Source: Candidatus Woesearchaeota archaeon (GTDB lineage Archaea; Nanobdellota; Nanobdellia; Woesearchaeales; JABIAG01). From it: a stretch of DNA of 38,151 nucleotides. Numbering within the stretch: position 1 is the first letter of the stretch; every line of letters starts with the position of its first letter. The stretch spans positions 1 through 38,151 of the forward strand of contig JAHWHN010000153.1 in the NCBI GenBank assembly GCA_019323235.1. Reading direction: 5' to 3'. A program made the translations under genes and the position numbers. The notes below the pieces were generated by a model. That model saw only the letters and a list, made by a program, of their open reading frames with translations, had not been told where the DNA came from and did no database searches. Shown here piece by piece: positions 25,696 to 34,065 of this stretch.

Positions 25696-27488
25696 TATAA
25701 ATCACCCCTCCATTTTATAACAAATAATTCTATAAATACTAATACTAATGCAAAGAAAACTAAATATTCAGCAACATCCGTTTTTGCTGCCTCTCTTGAT
25801 GATCTTCCAACAACCGTTCCAACTTCACTTTCTAAATCTAATTGTATGTTTACATTTGATTCATCATAATCAATTAAATTTGCTGAAATTGTTTGATTGT
25901 TGAAATTATAGAATCCAACTCTGTTCATAATTAATTTACTTGTACTAAAATTTCCATAAGGAGTTTGTACAAATTGATATTTTATTGGAATGACTTCTCC
26001 AGTTCTAAATACAACATCTTCTTCCTCTTCTTCAGGGAATAAATAATCTAATGTTGAACTCCAAAAGATTGGATAATCTGGAGTGTTCTTAAAATTAGAC
26101 CAATCATTTACAATACCATTTAAAAGAATATGACCTTTACCAACTTCTTTCTCACAAATTAAAGGAACTTGTGTTCTAGCCATAACTAATTTGGTACAAT
26201 CGATTTTAGTAGAATCAAAATATTTTGTAACTTCACTAAATTCGACATCTGTTGTAATTTGATTATTTACGTTTTTGATTAAAGTTGACTGTTCATCTTT
26301 TAATCCTTCTAATTCAAAAATTTCTAAGTTTTTATAATTTATATCTAATGAATCTTTTTGTAAATTAACAATTACTGATGAGCCATCTTTCACATCTCTA
26401 TATATATTCTCAAAAGTAGCTGGAAGTAATTTTGATTTGTCAACATCATTGATAATATATAATTCAAATTTCCCCTCTGGAATAATTGGAGGATTTACTT
26501 CTTGTATTTCTAATCTATTTGATGAGTATAATGCTGTTTTTAAGTAATCTTTTGATTGTATATTGGTAATGTATAAAGTTTTGATTCTATCTCTTTTTGG
26601 AATACTTACGAATAAGAAATTATCTGGTATGAAATCATCTTTTGTTTCTATTTTGAATGTATTCTTACCTTCATTTAATGGGAAAATAATTTCTTTAACT
26701 GAATTTGAACCTAAAAATAATTCTTTTGTTTCATCTTCTGATGAAATTTTAATTAATCTGTCTTCATCATTATAATTTTTTATTTTAATAAAAACTTCAT
26801 CTTCATAAACATCATAGTCTATAATTCCAAAGTTTGTAACTGGTTCATTATAAGGTTTGAATACAACATCAATTCCTTTAGAATTTAATTGTTTTTTAGC
26901 TGCTATCAAATCTTCAGAAAATGCAAAATCAGAATAAACATAAACTGTTCCTTCATTTAATAAAGTCATTGCTTGAATCATAGAATCTTCAATATTTGAT
27001 TTTGATTCTGAAGGGTTTAAAGTTTTTAACAAGTCTGATGCTTTATCAGAACTGTCTCTTTCTAGAGCAACTAACGGCACTTCTTCTGCCAAGATTAAAG
27101 AAACCAATTTTTGATTTTCAATTAAGTTTATAGCATCATCTACACTTTTACCAAATCTTGTACTTCCATCTAATTCTGCTTGCATACTTGCACTTGTATC
27201 TAATATAATTACAATATGTTCATCTGTTTTGTTTTGTGCATATTCTAATTGTGGTGAAGATGAAGAGAATATTAAGAAAAATATTATTAAAAATTGTAAA
27301 AGTAAGAATAAATTTGTTAATAATCTTCTAAAAAATGAGTTTTTTCTTGATTTTTTTAAGTCTTTTATGAAGAACATTAATGATGAAAAAATTTGTTTCT
27401 TAGGTTTTAAAGAGAATAGATATAGTATGATAAAAGGTATTAATAATAGAAAAGCATACAAACCTATTGGGTCTTTATAAGATATCAT
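25695..27488 (-). CDS. BatA-like vWA domain membrane protein
   Basis: N-terminal double TM (LYAFLLLIPFIILYLF...). MIDAS motif IVIILDTSASM (DxSxS). C-terminal TM helix. The track start at 27497 is TTG; the ATG is at 27488. Confidence 0.75.
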   Translation of the reverse strand: MISYKDPIGLYAFLLLIPFIILYLFSLKPKKQIFSSLMFFIKDLKKSRKNSFFRRLLTNLFLLLQFLIIFFLIFSSSSPQLEYAQNKTDEHIVIILDTSASMQAELDGSTRFGKSVDDAINLIENQKLVSLILAEEVPLVALERDSSDKASDLLKTLNPSESKSNIEDSMIQAMTLLNEGTVYVYSDFAFSEDLIAAKKQLNSKGIDVVFKPYNEPVTNFGIIDYDVYEDEVFIKIKNYNDEDRLIKISSEDETKELFLGSNSVKEIIFPLNEGKNTFKIETKDDFIPDNFLFVSIPKRDRIKTLYITNIQSKDYLKTALYSSNRLEIQEVNPPIIPEGKFELYIINDVDKSKLLPATFENIYRDVKDGSSVIVNLQKDSLDINYKNLEIFELEGLKDEQSTLIKNVNNQITTDVEFSEVTKYFDSTKIDCTKLVMARTQVPLICEKEVGKGHILLNGIVNDWSNFKNTPDYPIFWSSTLDYLFPEEEEEDVVFRTGEVIPIKYQFVQTPYGNFSTSKLIMNRVGFYNFNNQTISANLIDYDESNVNIQLDLESEVGTVVGRSSREAAKTDVAEYLVFFALVLVFIELFVIKWRGDL

Positions 27489-27596
27489 GATTTTCAATTT
27501 ATTTTTTTATTTAAATACTTTTTGTTATCTTAGTTTACAAGTTAATCTTATATTTTTTAGAAAATTAACAGATTATAAGGAAATTAAAGAGAATAT

Positions 27597-28970
27597 TCAT
27601 TGAAATTTGTCAACAAACCACTCTCTTCCATCTTTTTCTATTAAAGCCTTAGCACTTTTTGGAAGAGTATTGTCTTTATAGACCTCAACTGGTAGATTAT
27701 GGTCAGATATTGTTTCAACAATTCTCCAAGATTCTTCAATTTCGTCATTTCTTACGAAAACTGATTGATCTCCTGTTAAAACATGCTCAAATAATATTTC
27801 ATAAGCTTCAGGCGAGTTTGGACCAAATACACAACCATGACAGAAATCCATTTTTACCTTCTTAATCTTATTAGATCCTGGTTCTGTTACATTTATTAGT
27901 AAAAAGAATCCTTCATTCGGCTGGACTTGTATTACTAATCCATTTCCAGTTGTATCTCCAAAAGAATCATCTACATCTTTGAATTGAACATAAATTATAA
28001 TTTTTTTATCATGTAGTTTTTTACCAGCCCTTAAATAAAATGGAACTTTCTTCCATCTTTCATTATCAATAAATGCTTTAACAGCAACAAAAGTTTCAGT
28101 GTTACTATTTTGATCAACCCCATCTTCTTTCTTATAAGACTCATATTGACCTAAGACTACGTTTTTAGATGAAATTTTCTTTACAGACTTTAGAACATTA
28201 TATTTTCCATCCCTTATGCAAGTAGCATCTAACTTCTTTGGTTTTTCCATTGTAGTTAAAGCCAATAGTTGTAAAAGGTGATTTTGTAGTACATCTTTTA
28301 TTGCACCATATTTATCATAAAACTTAGCTCTTGAACCAATACCAATAGATTCATCCAACATAATTTGAACGTGATCTATTTTTTCTGAATTCCAAATTGG
28401 CTCTAAGATTGTATTAGTAAATCTTAATATGGATATGTTTTTAACTAATTCTTTTGCTAAATAATGATCTATTCTAAATACTTGTTTTTCTTTAAAATAT
28501 TTGTTTATAGTTTTGTTTAAGTCTATAGCATTTCTTAAATCATCTCCGAAAGGCTTTTCGAAAACAATTCTTACCCATCCATTACTTTCTTTATTTAATT
28601 TAAACTCACTTAAATGAATTACTATTGATTCGAAGAATGATGGAAGTGTTGATAAGTAAAATAAAGTGTTTTTACATTTTGATTTTTTAATTAAATCTTT
28701 TAATTCTTGATAAACAAATGGTTTTCTAAAATCTCCTTGTAAATAAGACATGCTATTTTTCATCTTTTCAAGGACTTTTTTATCTGGGTCTTTAATTTCT
28801 TGAGAAAACCTATCTATTAAGAAATCAACAGAATACTCGGAAGATGCTAAACCTATTATGTTAAATTTTGTAATTTTTTTATTTTTAATTAAATAATAAA
28901 TAGCAGGAAGAAGTTTTATCTTCGCTAAATCACTAGAGATTCCAAATATAACAAAATTTGTATTAGGCAT
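27597..28970 (-). CDS. zwf: glucose-6-phosphate 1-dehydrogenase (classical Zwf family)
   Basis: N-terminal dinucleotide motif FGISSDLAKIKLLPAIY (GxxGDLA-like). EKPFG, the active-site RIDHYLAKE (RIDHYLGKE) and DVLQNHLLQLL are all present. Confidence 0.85.
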   Translation of the reverse strand: MPNTNFVIFGISSDLAKIKLLPAIYYLIKNKKITKFNIIGLASSEYSVDFLIDRFSQEIKDPDKKVLEKMKNSMSYLQGDFRKPFVYQELKDLIKKSKCKNTLFYLSTLPSFFESIVIHLSEFKLNKESNGWVRIVFEKPFGDDLRNAIDLNKTINKYFKEKQVFRIDHYLAKELVKNISILRFTNTILEPIWNSEKIDHVQIMLDESIGIGSRAKFYDKYGAIKDVLQNHLLQLLALTTMEKPKKLDATCIRDGKYNVLKSVKKISSKNVVLGQYESYKKEDGVDQNSNTETFVAVKAFIDNERWKKVPFYLRAGKKLHDKKIIIYVQFKDVDDSFGDTTGNGLVIQVQPNEGFFLLINVTEPGSNKIKKVKMDFCHGCVFGPNSPEAYEILFEHVLTGDQSVFVRNDEIEESWRIVETISDHNLPVEVYKDNTLPKSAKALIEKDGREWFVDKFQ

Positions 28971-29042
28971 AAATCGTTATTTTGTAATATGGTTTATATA
29001 CTTTTTGTTGTTTTGAAAGAATTGATGATAAAATTGCAGTAC

Positions 29043-29399
29043 TTAGAATTCATCTAAGTCATCTATTTTCTTTAAATAACCTTTTTTCTTTAAGAAAGCA
29101 ACCTGATTAGTTGTATATTTGTAGATAATGTCTCCTTTTTCATCACCACCAAACTCCCATGGTTCAATGATTACGAAATTTCCTTCCCTTACCCATAAGT
29201 TTTTCTTTAATCTACCTGGGATTCTACAAATTCTAGTTTTACCATCTAAACATCTTGCTTTAACTCTAGAAGCACCGAGCCTTTGCTCAATTAATCCAAA
29301 AGTTTCAGGTTCTCTAGGGAGTCTTACCCTTACAATTTGTGGTTCTTCAGTATTCACTTTTCCACCCTTGCCTTTGCTTTTATTGAAATTTGGATTCAT
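29043..29399 (-). CDS. eif1a: translation initiation factor aIF-1A
   Basis: S1-like OB core: [49 protein letters not shown]. Confidence 0.9.
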   Translation of the reverse strand: MNPNFNKSKGKGGKVNTEEPQIVRVRLPREPETFGLIEQRLGASRVKARCLDGKTRICRIPGRLKKNLWVREGNFVIIEPWEFGGDEKGDIIYKYTTNQVAFLKKKGYLKKIDDLDEF

Positions 29400-29506
29400 C
29401 TAATATATAGAGTATTTAAACTGTTTATAAGCTTTTCGAAAAGAAAGATAGTCATTTTGTTTTCAAAAAAGTAAAATATATATACTAGACTTCCATATTT
29501 TCGATA

Positions 29507-30526
29507 ATGGTTAAGATTGCATTCTTTGATTTAGAGAAATGGATGGAAAAATACATTAAAGAAAATCTGAAAGGACATGAGATTTATTTTTCCAATAAGA
29601 AGTTAAGTAACACTGCTATTGATAAAATAAAAGATTGTGAAGTATTAGCAACTTTTATTCATTCTAAACCTAGTTGTAAGATTTTAAGTCAACTTACTAA
29701 ATTAAAGATGATTACCACAATGTCTACTGGTTATGACCATATTGACATTCCTTATTGTGTTGAAAAAAAAATTACTGTTTGTAATGTTCCAACTTATGGA
29801 GAAAATACTGTTGCAGAATTTACTTTTGCTTTAATTCTTGATTTATCTAGAAAAATTTCAGAATCTGTTGATAAAATCAAAATGGGTCATTTCGATTTAG
29901 ATGGACTAAGAGGTTTTGATTTAAAGGATAAGACAATAGGAATTGTTGGATTAGGTAATATTGGTAAGAAAGTTGCTAAAATGGCCAGTGGTTTTGATAT
30001 GAATATTATTGCGTTTGATCCATATAAAGATGAAGAATTTGCAAAGAAATATGATATTAAGTATAAATCAATTGACCATATTTTTAAAAATTGTGATATA
30101 ATTACTTTCCATGTACCTTATAATAAATATACTCATCATTTACTAAATATGAGTAGAGTAAAGACTATGAAAAAAGGTGCTTATATAATTAATACATCTA
30201 GAGGTAAAGTTTTAGACACTAATGCTTTGATTTATGGTTTGAATAAAAAAATAATTGCTGGAGCAGCTTTAGATGTTTTAGAAGATGAAACTTTCATTCC
30301 AAATGATGAAGTTCAATTATCTAGTAAATATTTTGATAAAAATAAAGAAGAATTAAAATTGTTATTACAAGAACATATTTTGACTGAACAAGACAATGTA
30401 ATAATAACTCCACATAATGCTTTCAATACAAAAGAGGCATTAATAAGAATACTTGACACCACAATAAAAAATATAAAGGGCTATGTAAATAAAAGGTGTA
30501 TAAATAAAGTTAATTGTAAATTATGA
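29507..30526 (+). CDS. D-isomer-specific 2-hydroxyacid dehydrogenase (D-lactate / phosphoglycerate dehydrogenase-like)
   Basis: NAD fold GIVGLGNIGKKVAKMA. The catalytic-triad context is present: NTSRGKVLD, ALDVLEDE, ITPHNAF. Confidence 0.85.
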   Translation: MVKIAFFDLEKWMEKYIKENLKGHEIYFSNKKLSNTAIDKIKDCEVLATFIHSKPSCKILSQLTKLKMITTMSTGYDHIDIPYCVEKKITVCNVPTYGENTVAEFTFALILDLSRKISESVDKIKMGHFDLDGLRGFDLKDKTIGIVGLGNIGKKVAKMASGFDMNIIAFDPYKDEEFAKKYDIKYKSIDHIFKNCDIITFHVPYNKYTHHLLNMSRVKTMKKGAYIINTSRGKVLDTNALIYGLNKKIIAGAALDVLEDETFIPNDEVQLSSKYFDKNKEELKLLLQEHILTEQDNVIITPHNAFNTKEALIRILDTTIKNIKGYVNKRCINKVNCKL

Positions 30527-30537
30527 GGTAAATTAAA

Positions 30538-30882
30538 ATGACTAAAATTCCAGAACCACCAGCTCCAACTCAGGAAGCTGAAGAAAAAGAAGAAATTAAG
30601 GAAGAAACTGAAGAAGAAATTCCTGAACCAGAAGTTGAAGAAACTAAAGAGGAACCTGCTGAGGATGTAGAAGAAATTGAAGATGATATTGAAGAGCCTA
30701 GTGAAGAAATAGATGCTCCTCCAAAACCAGAAGATATTTCTGATGATGAATTAAATCCTGAAGAAGAAATTAAGAGAGAAGAAGAAATTGAAAAAACTCT
30801 TGAAGAAGAAAAGGATGAGTTAAAAAAAGCAGAAGAACTTCTTGATGAAATTGATAAAGAATTAAAACAAAAAGATATGTAA
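30538..30882 (+). CDS. hyper-acidic E/D/P-rich low-complexity protein, hypothetical
   Basis: 114 aa, roughly half Glu/Asp. GAGGT lies about 10 nt upstream. The gene starts 11 nt after the dehydrogenase stop. Confidence 0.45.
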   Translation: MTKIPEPPAPTQEAEEKEEIKEETEEEIPEPEVEETKEEPAEDVEEIEDDIEEPSEEIDAPPKPEDISDDELNPEEEIKREEEIEKTLEEEKDELKKAEELLDEIDKELKQKDM

Positions 30883-30916
30883 ATATCTTTTTAATTTCTT
30901 TTTTATTATTTTTAAA

Positions 30917-31378
30917 TTATAACTTCCAGATTTTATCGCCAACATAATGTATTGATAATATTGATTTTCCTGTTTGTTGAGATTTTAATTCATCTGCATC
31001 AAAAATTGCTTTGCCAATAGCTATAGGTCTTTTGTTTTGCTCATCTATTATTGAGACGTAGTCATCTTTTTTGATTTCTGAGTTAATATTAGTAATACCT
31101 GGTCTCATTACATCTGATCCGTTGGCTACATATTTTATAGCTCCCATGTCTACAGTAATTGTTTTTAGAAAATTGTTTTTTAATAGTAGTTTTAATGTCG
31201 GAACGATTTTGTTTTCATGATAAAAGAATAATACTTCATTGTTAACTTTTACATATTTATACTCATCTTCAACCAATTCTACTTTATCTTTCTTTGAAAA
31301 TGGTTCTACATTGTATAATTTGTTTATTTCTTCTAATAATTCCTTAGATCCAGATTTGTTTAAAGTTTTTACCTTCAT
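30917..31378 (-). CDS. PUA-domain RNA-binding protein (pre-PUA plus PUA, MCT-1/Tma20-like)
   Basis: GAIKYVANGSDVMRPGI and VSIIDEQNKRPIAIGKA are typical PUA motifs. It is about 150 aa with an N-terminal pre-PUA region. Confidence 0.7.
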   Translation of the reverse strand: MKVKTLNKSGSKELLEEINKLYNVEPFSKKDKVELVEDEYKYVKVNNEVLFFYHENKIVPTLKLLLKNNFLKTITVDMGAIKYVANGSDVMRPGITNINSEIKKDDYVSIIDEQNKRPIAIGKAIFDADELKSQQTGKSILSIHYVGDKIWKL

Positions 31379-31453
31379 AATTTTATAATAATTTAATAGT
31401 ATAAAAATGTAATTGTAGAAACATTTAAAAAATAACTTTGTTTTTAATTAACT

Positions 31454-32878
31454 ATGGATTATAAAAAACTAGGTTTTAAGGCAGGTATTGAAATTCATCA
31501 ACAGTTATCGGGAATAAAGTTATTTTGTGACTGTCCAGCAGATAATGTTAAATTTGAACCAGATAGAAAGGTTGAAAGATATTTAAGAGCGGTTGTTGGT
31601 GAGACTGGAGAGGTTGATGTTGCTGCTGCTCATGAAACTAGTAAAAATAAGAAATTTATCTATGAAGCGAGTTCTAAAGAAACTTGTAATATTGAGTTTG
31701 ATGAAGAACCTCCAAAAAATGTTAATTTAGATCATCTTAAAACGGCAATTTTAGTTTCTAAAATGTTAAATGCTAAAATCGTTGATGAAGTTCAAGTAAT
31801 GAGGAAAATTGTTGTTGATGGAAGTAATGTTTCTGGTTTTCAACGAACTATGTTGGTTGGTTATGATGGATATATTGATACCGAAAAAGGTAAAGTTAAA
31901 ATCCCGGCAGTTTTATTAGAAGAAGAAGCTGCTCAAAAAATTGAAACTACTAAAGATTCTGTTACATATAATCTAGCTAGATTGGGTATTCCTTTATTAG
32001 AAATTTCTACTGATGCTTCTATTAAAGACCCAGAACATGCTAAAGATGTTGCAGCTCATGTTGGAATGGTATTAAGAAGTACTGGTAAAGCTAAAAGAGG
32101 TATTGGTACTATTAGACAAGATGTTAATGTTTCTATTAAAGGTGGTGTAAGAACTGAAATTAAAGGTTTTCAGGACTTAAAATCAATACCTAAAGTAATT
32201 AATAATGAAATTGAAAGACAACTTGGATTAATTGAAGATGCTGTTGAAATGAAAGAAGAAGTTCGTAAAGCAGAACCTGATTTTTCAACTTCATTTTTAA
32301 GACCTATTCCTGGTGCTGCTAGATTGTATCCAGAAACTGATTGTTTACCTATTGCGATTACAAAAGAAATGATTGAAGAAATAGAAATCCCTGAATTAAT
32401 TTCTGAGAAAATTGAAAAGTTAATGGAAACTTATAATATTTCAGAAGTATTGGCTAATGGATTAGCTAAATCTGGCATTAAGTTTTGTGATTATGTTAAA
32501 GAATTTGACAAATTAGAACCTAAATTGATTGCTCAAATATTAATTGATGTTCCTAAGGACATTAAATCTAGATTAAATATTGATTCTAGTTCATTAACTG
32601 AAGATAATTTTAAGGAAGTTTTATCTAAATTAAATAAAGATGAAATTTCTAAAGATTCTGTTGTTGACATATTAGCTTTAATATCAGAAGGAAAAGATGT
32701 TGATTACTCTAAGTTTGAGAAAGCAGATTTATCTGATGTTGAATCTGAGATTAAGAAAATAGTTGAAGAAAAACCAGGTTTGAATGCTGGAGGCTATATG
32801 GGCTTAGTCATGGCGAAGTTCAAAGGTAAAGTTGATGGTGCAACTGCTATGAAGATTCTTAATAAAATTCTAAAATAA
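31454..32878 (+). CDS. gatE: Glu-tRNA(Gln) amidotransferase subunit E (GatE-type), unusually short
   Basis: GatE-type motifs: LGFKAGIEIHQQL, LFCDC, MRKIVVDGSNVSGFQRT, GTIRQDVNVS, LRPIPGAARLYPETD. The GatB-type YFYPDLPK motif is absent. The length is 474 aa versus the roughly 620 aa I recall for GatE. Confidence 0.75.
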   Translation: MDYKKLGFKAGIEIHQQLSGIKLFCDCPADNVKFEPDRKVERYLRAVVGETGEVDVAAAHETSKNKKFIYEASSKETCNIEFDEEPPKNVNLDHLKTAILVSKMLNAKIVDEVQVMRKIVVDGSNVSGFQRTMLVGYDGYIDTEKGKVKIPAVLLEEEAAQKIETTKDSVTYNLARLGIPLLEISTDASIKDPEHAKDVAAHVGMVLRSTGKAKRGIGTIRQDVNVSIKGGVRTEIKGFQDLKSIPKVINNEIERQLGLIEDAVEMKEEVRKAEPDFSTSFLRPIPGAARLYPETDCLPIAITKEMIEEIEIPELISEKIEKLMETYNISEVLANGLAKSGIKFCDYVKEFDKLEPKLIAQILIDVPKDIKSRLNIDSSSLTEDNFKEVLSKLNKDEISKDSVVDILALISEGKDVDYSKFEKADLSDVESEIKKIVEEKPGLNAGGYMGLVMAKFKGKVDGATAMKILNKILK

Positions 32879-32896
32879 TTAAATAATTAAAAAAAA

Positions 32897-33052
32897 TTAA
32901 GAAAACATTATCAGAACTAATGCAACAAATAAGTATAATATTAATGAAATTGCAGTTAATTTAATTCCGATTTTTGGTAGGATGTGATCAATAATTAAAG
33001 CAATGATTATTAACACTCCCAAGTTTTTTGAAGTTAGCATTTTTTTAGCCAT
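32897..33052 (-). CDS. possible small membrane protein (51 aa); not in the ORF track
   Basis: Own translation: MAKKMLTSKNLGVLIIIALIIDHILPKIGIKLTAISLILYLFVALVLIMFS. It is hydrophobic, but AT-rich DNA yields such ORFs by chance. Confidence 0.25.
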   Translation of the reverse strand: MAKKMLTSKNLGVLIIIALIIDHILPKIGIKLTAISLILYLFVALVLIMFS

Positions 33053-33124
33053 AATTTAATTTTAAATTAATAGTATAAATACTTTTTGATTAATTTTATA
33101 AACAGATGTTAATTTGCTAAATAG

Positions 33125-33520
33125 ATGAAGTTTTATATTGACGGCCCTTTTGAGAAAAGTTATGAAATTGCAAATATGTATGAAAAGATTCTGTTTGCAA
33201 ATCATGAATTAGTTAATAATCCAAAAGATAAAAGTATTGAGTCCATAATCAGTTATAAAAAAAATCAATCTGTTGAAATTAATTCAATAATGGATTGTAA
33301 TGTTTTTATACATGTTTCTGATTCAGAATTTTACAATGATACTTTTTATTTAGGATTTGCAATCTGTAAATATATTACTAAGGGAAATCCTTTTATCTAC
33401 GTAATAGGAAATGGAAATTCAGAAAGATATTCTCATCCTGTTGTTAATAGAATAAAAGAAATTAATTTAATTAATTCTTTAGAAAAAATATTAAAAGATT
33501 TCTCAAATAGTAAAGATTAA
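33125..33520 (+). CDS. hypothetical protein, paralog A; tentative nucleoside 2-deoxyribosyltransferase-like fold
   Basis: MKFYIDGPF... and IMDCNVFIHVSDSEFYNDTFYLGFAICKYITKGNPFIYVIG resemble the NDT-like pattern (IY.AGPF ... D.v.a.ld....D.GT..E.G.A...gkP). The conserved Glu position is Leu. It is clearly paralogous to the 33517-33924 product. Confidence 0.45.
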   Translation: MKFYIDGPFEKSYEIANMYEKILFANHELVNNPKDKSIESIISYKKNQSVEINSIMDCNVFIHVSDSEFYNDTFYLGFAICKYITKGNPFIYVIGNGNSERYSHPVVNRIKEINLINSLEKILKDFSNSKD

Positions 33521-33924
33521 TCCTGCATTGCTTTCAAGATTGTTTCTAATTCCCCAACATAATCTGTTGTGATAACTCTTCTTATACAAGGCAGAAAATA
33601 ATATTGAGATTCATTAGCTTTACTCCCCATTACATATATCCTATGAGGCTTTTCATGAGTAGTATTACTACATATAGCAATTCCAAGATCTAAAAATTTT
33701 CTATCACAAAATCCATCTGATATATGAATCAGGTAGTCTGAATCTCTAATTGCAAATAATTCTCCAATTGCTTGATTTAAAGAATTATCTGATTTTGAAT
33801 ATTCATCTGGAAAATCTCTAGACAACCAATCACTAGTAATTTTATGATTGTATTTTTTAATTAAGTCTTGCAACTCTTTGACAATTTTTTTATCTTGTCC
33901 TTTGGCTGATACATAAAATTTCAT
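33517..33924 (-). CDS. hypothetical protein, paralog B; tentative nucleoside 2-deoxyribosyltransferase-like fold
   Basis: MKFYVSAKG... and IRDSDYLIHISDGFCDRKFLDLGIAICSNTTHEKPHRIYVMG align along the full length with paralog A. Asp sits at the usual Glu position. Confidence 0.45.
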   Translation of the reverse strand: MKFYVSAKGQDKKIVKELQDLIKKYNHKITSDWLSRDFPDEYSKSDNSLNQAIGELFAIRDSDYLIHISDGFCDRKFLDLGIAICSNTTHEKPHRIYVMGSKANESQYYFLPCIRRVITTDYVGELETILKAMQD

Positions 33925-33979
33925 TTTTGGGCTAGAAGTAAATAATCATTTATAAAATTAATTCTATATTTTGAAAATA

Positions 33980-34054
33980 CGCGCCCGGAGAGATTTGAAC
34001 TCTCGATTTACACCTTAGGAGGGTGTCGCCTTATCCAGGCTAGGCTACGGGTGC
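33980..34054 (-). tRNA. tRNA-Arg (anticodon CCU)
   Basis: Hand-folded from the reverse complement: GCACCCG-TA-GCCT-AGCCTGGATA-AGGC-G-ACACC-CTCCTAA-GGTGT-AAATC-GAGAG-TTCAAAT-CTCTC-CGGGCGC-G. All arms are canonical except an A3/C70 mismatch. CCA is not encoded. Confidence 0.85.
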
Positions 34055-34065
34055 ATTATAAAATT

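Noticed and set aside
32879-33979. The segment on the 3' side of tRNA-Arg (small TM ORF plus the paralog pair) as an integrated element.
   Set aside because: No copy of the tRNA 3' end (GCGCCCGGAGAGATTTGAAC) was found at the distal boundary, there is no integrase, and GC content is not anomalous. It is kept only as a weak context note in the paralog finding.
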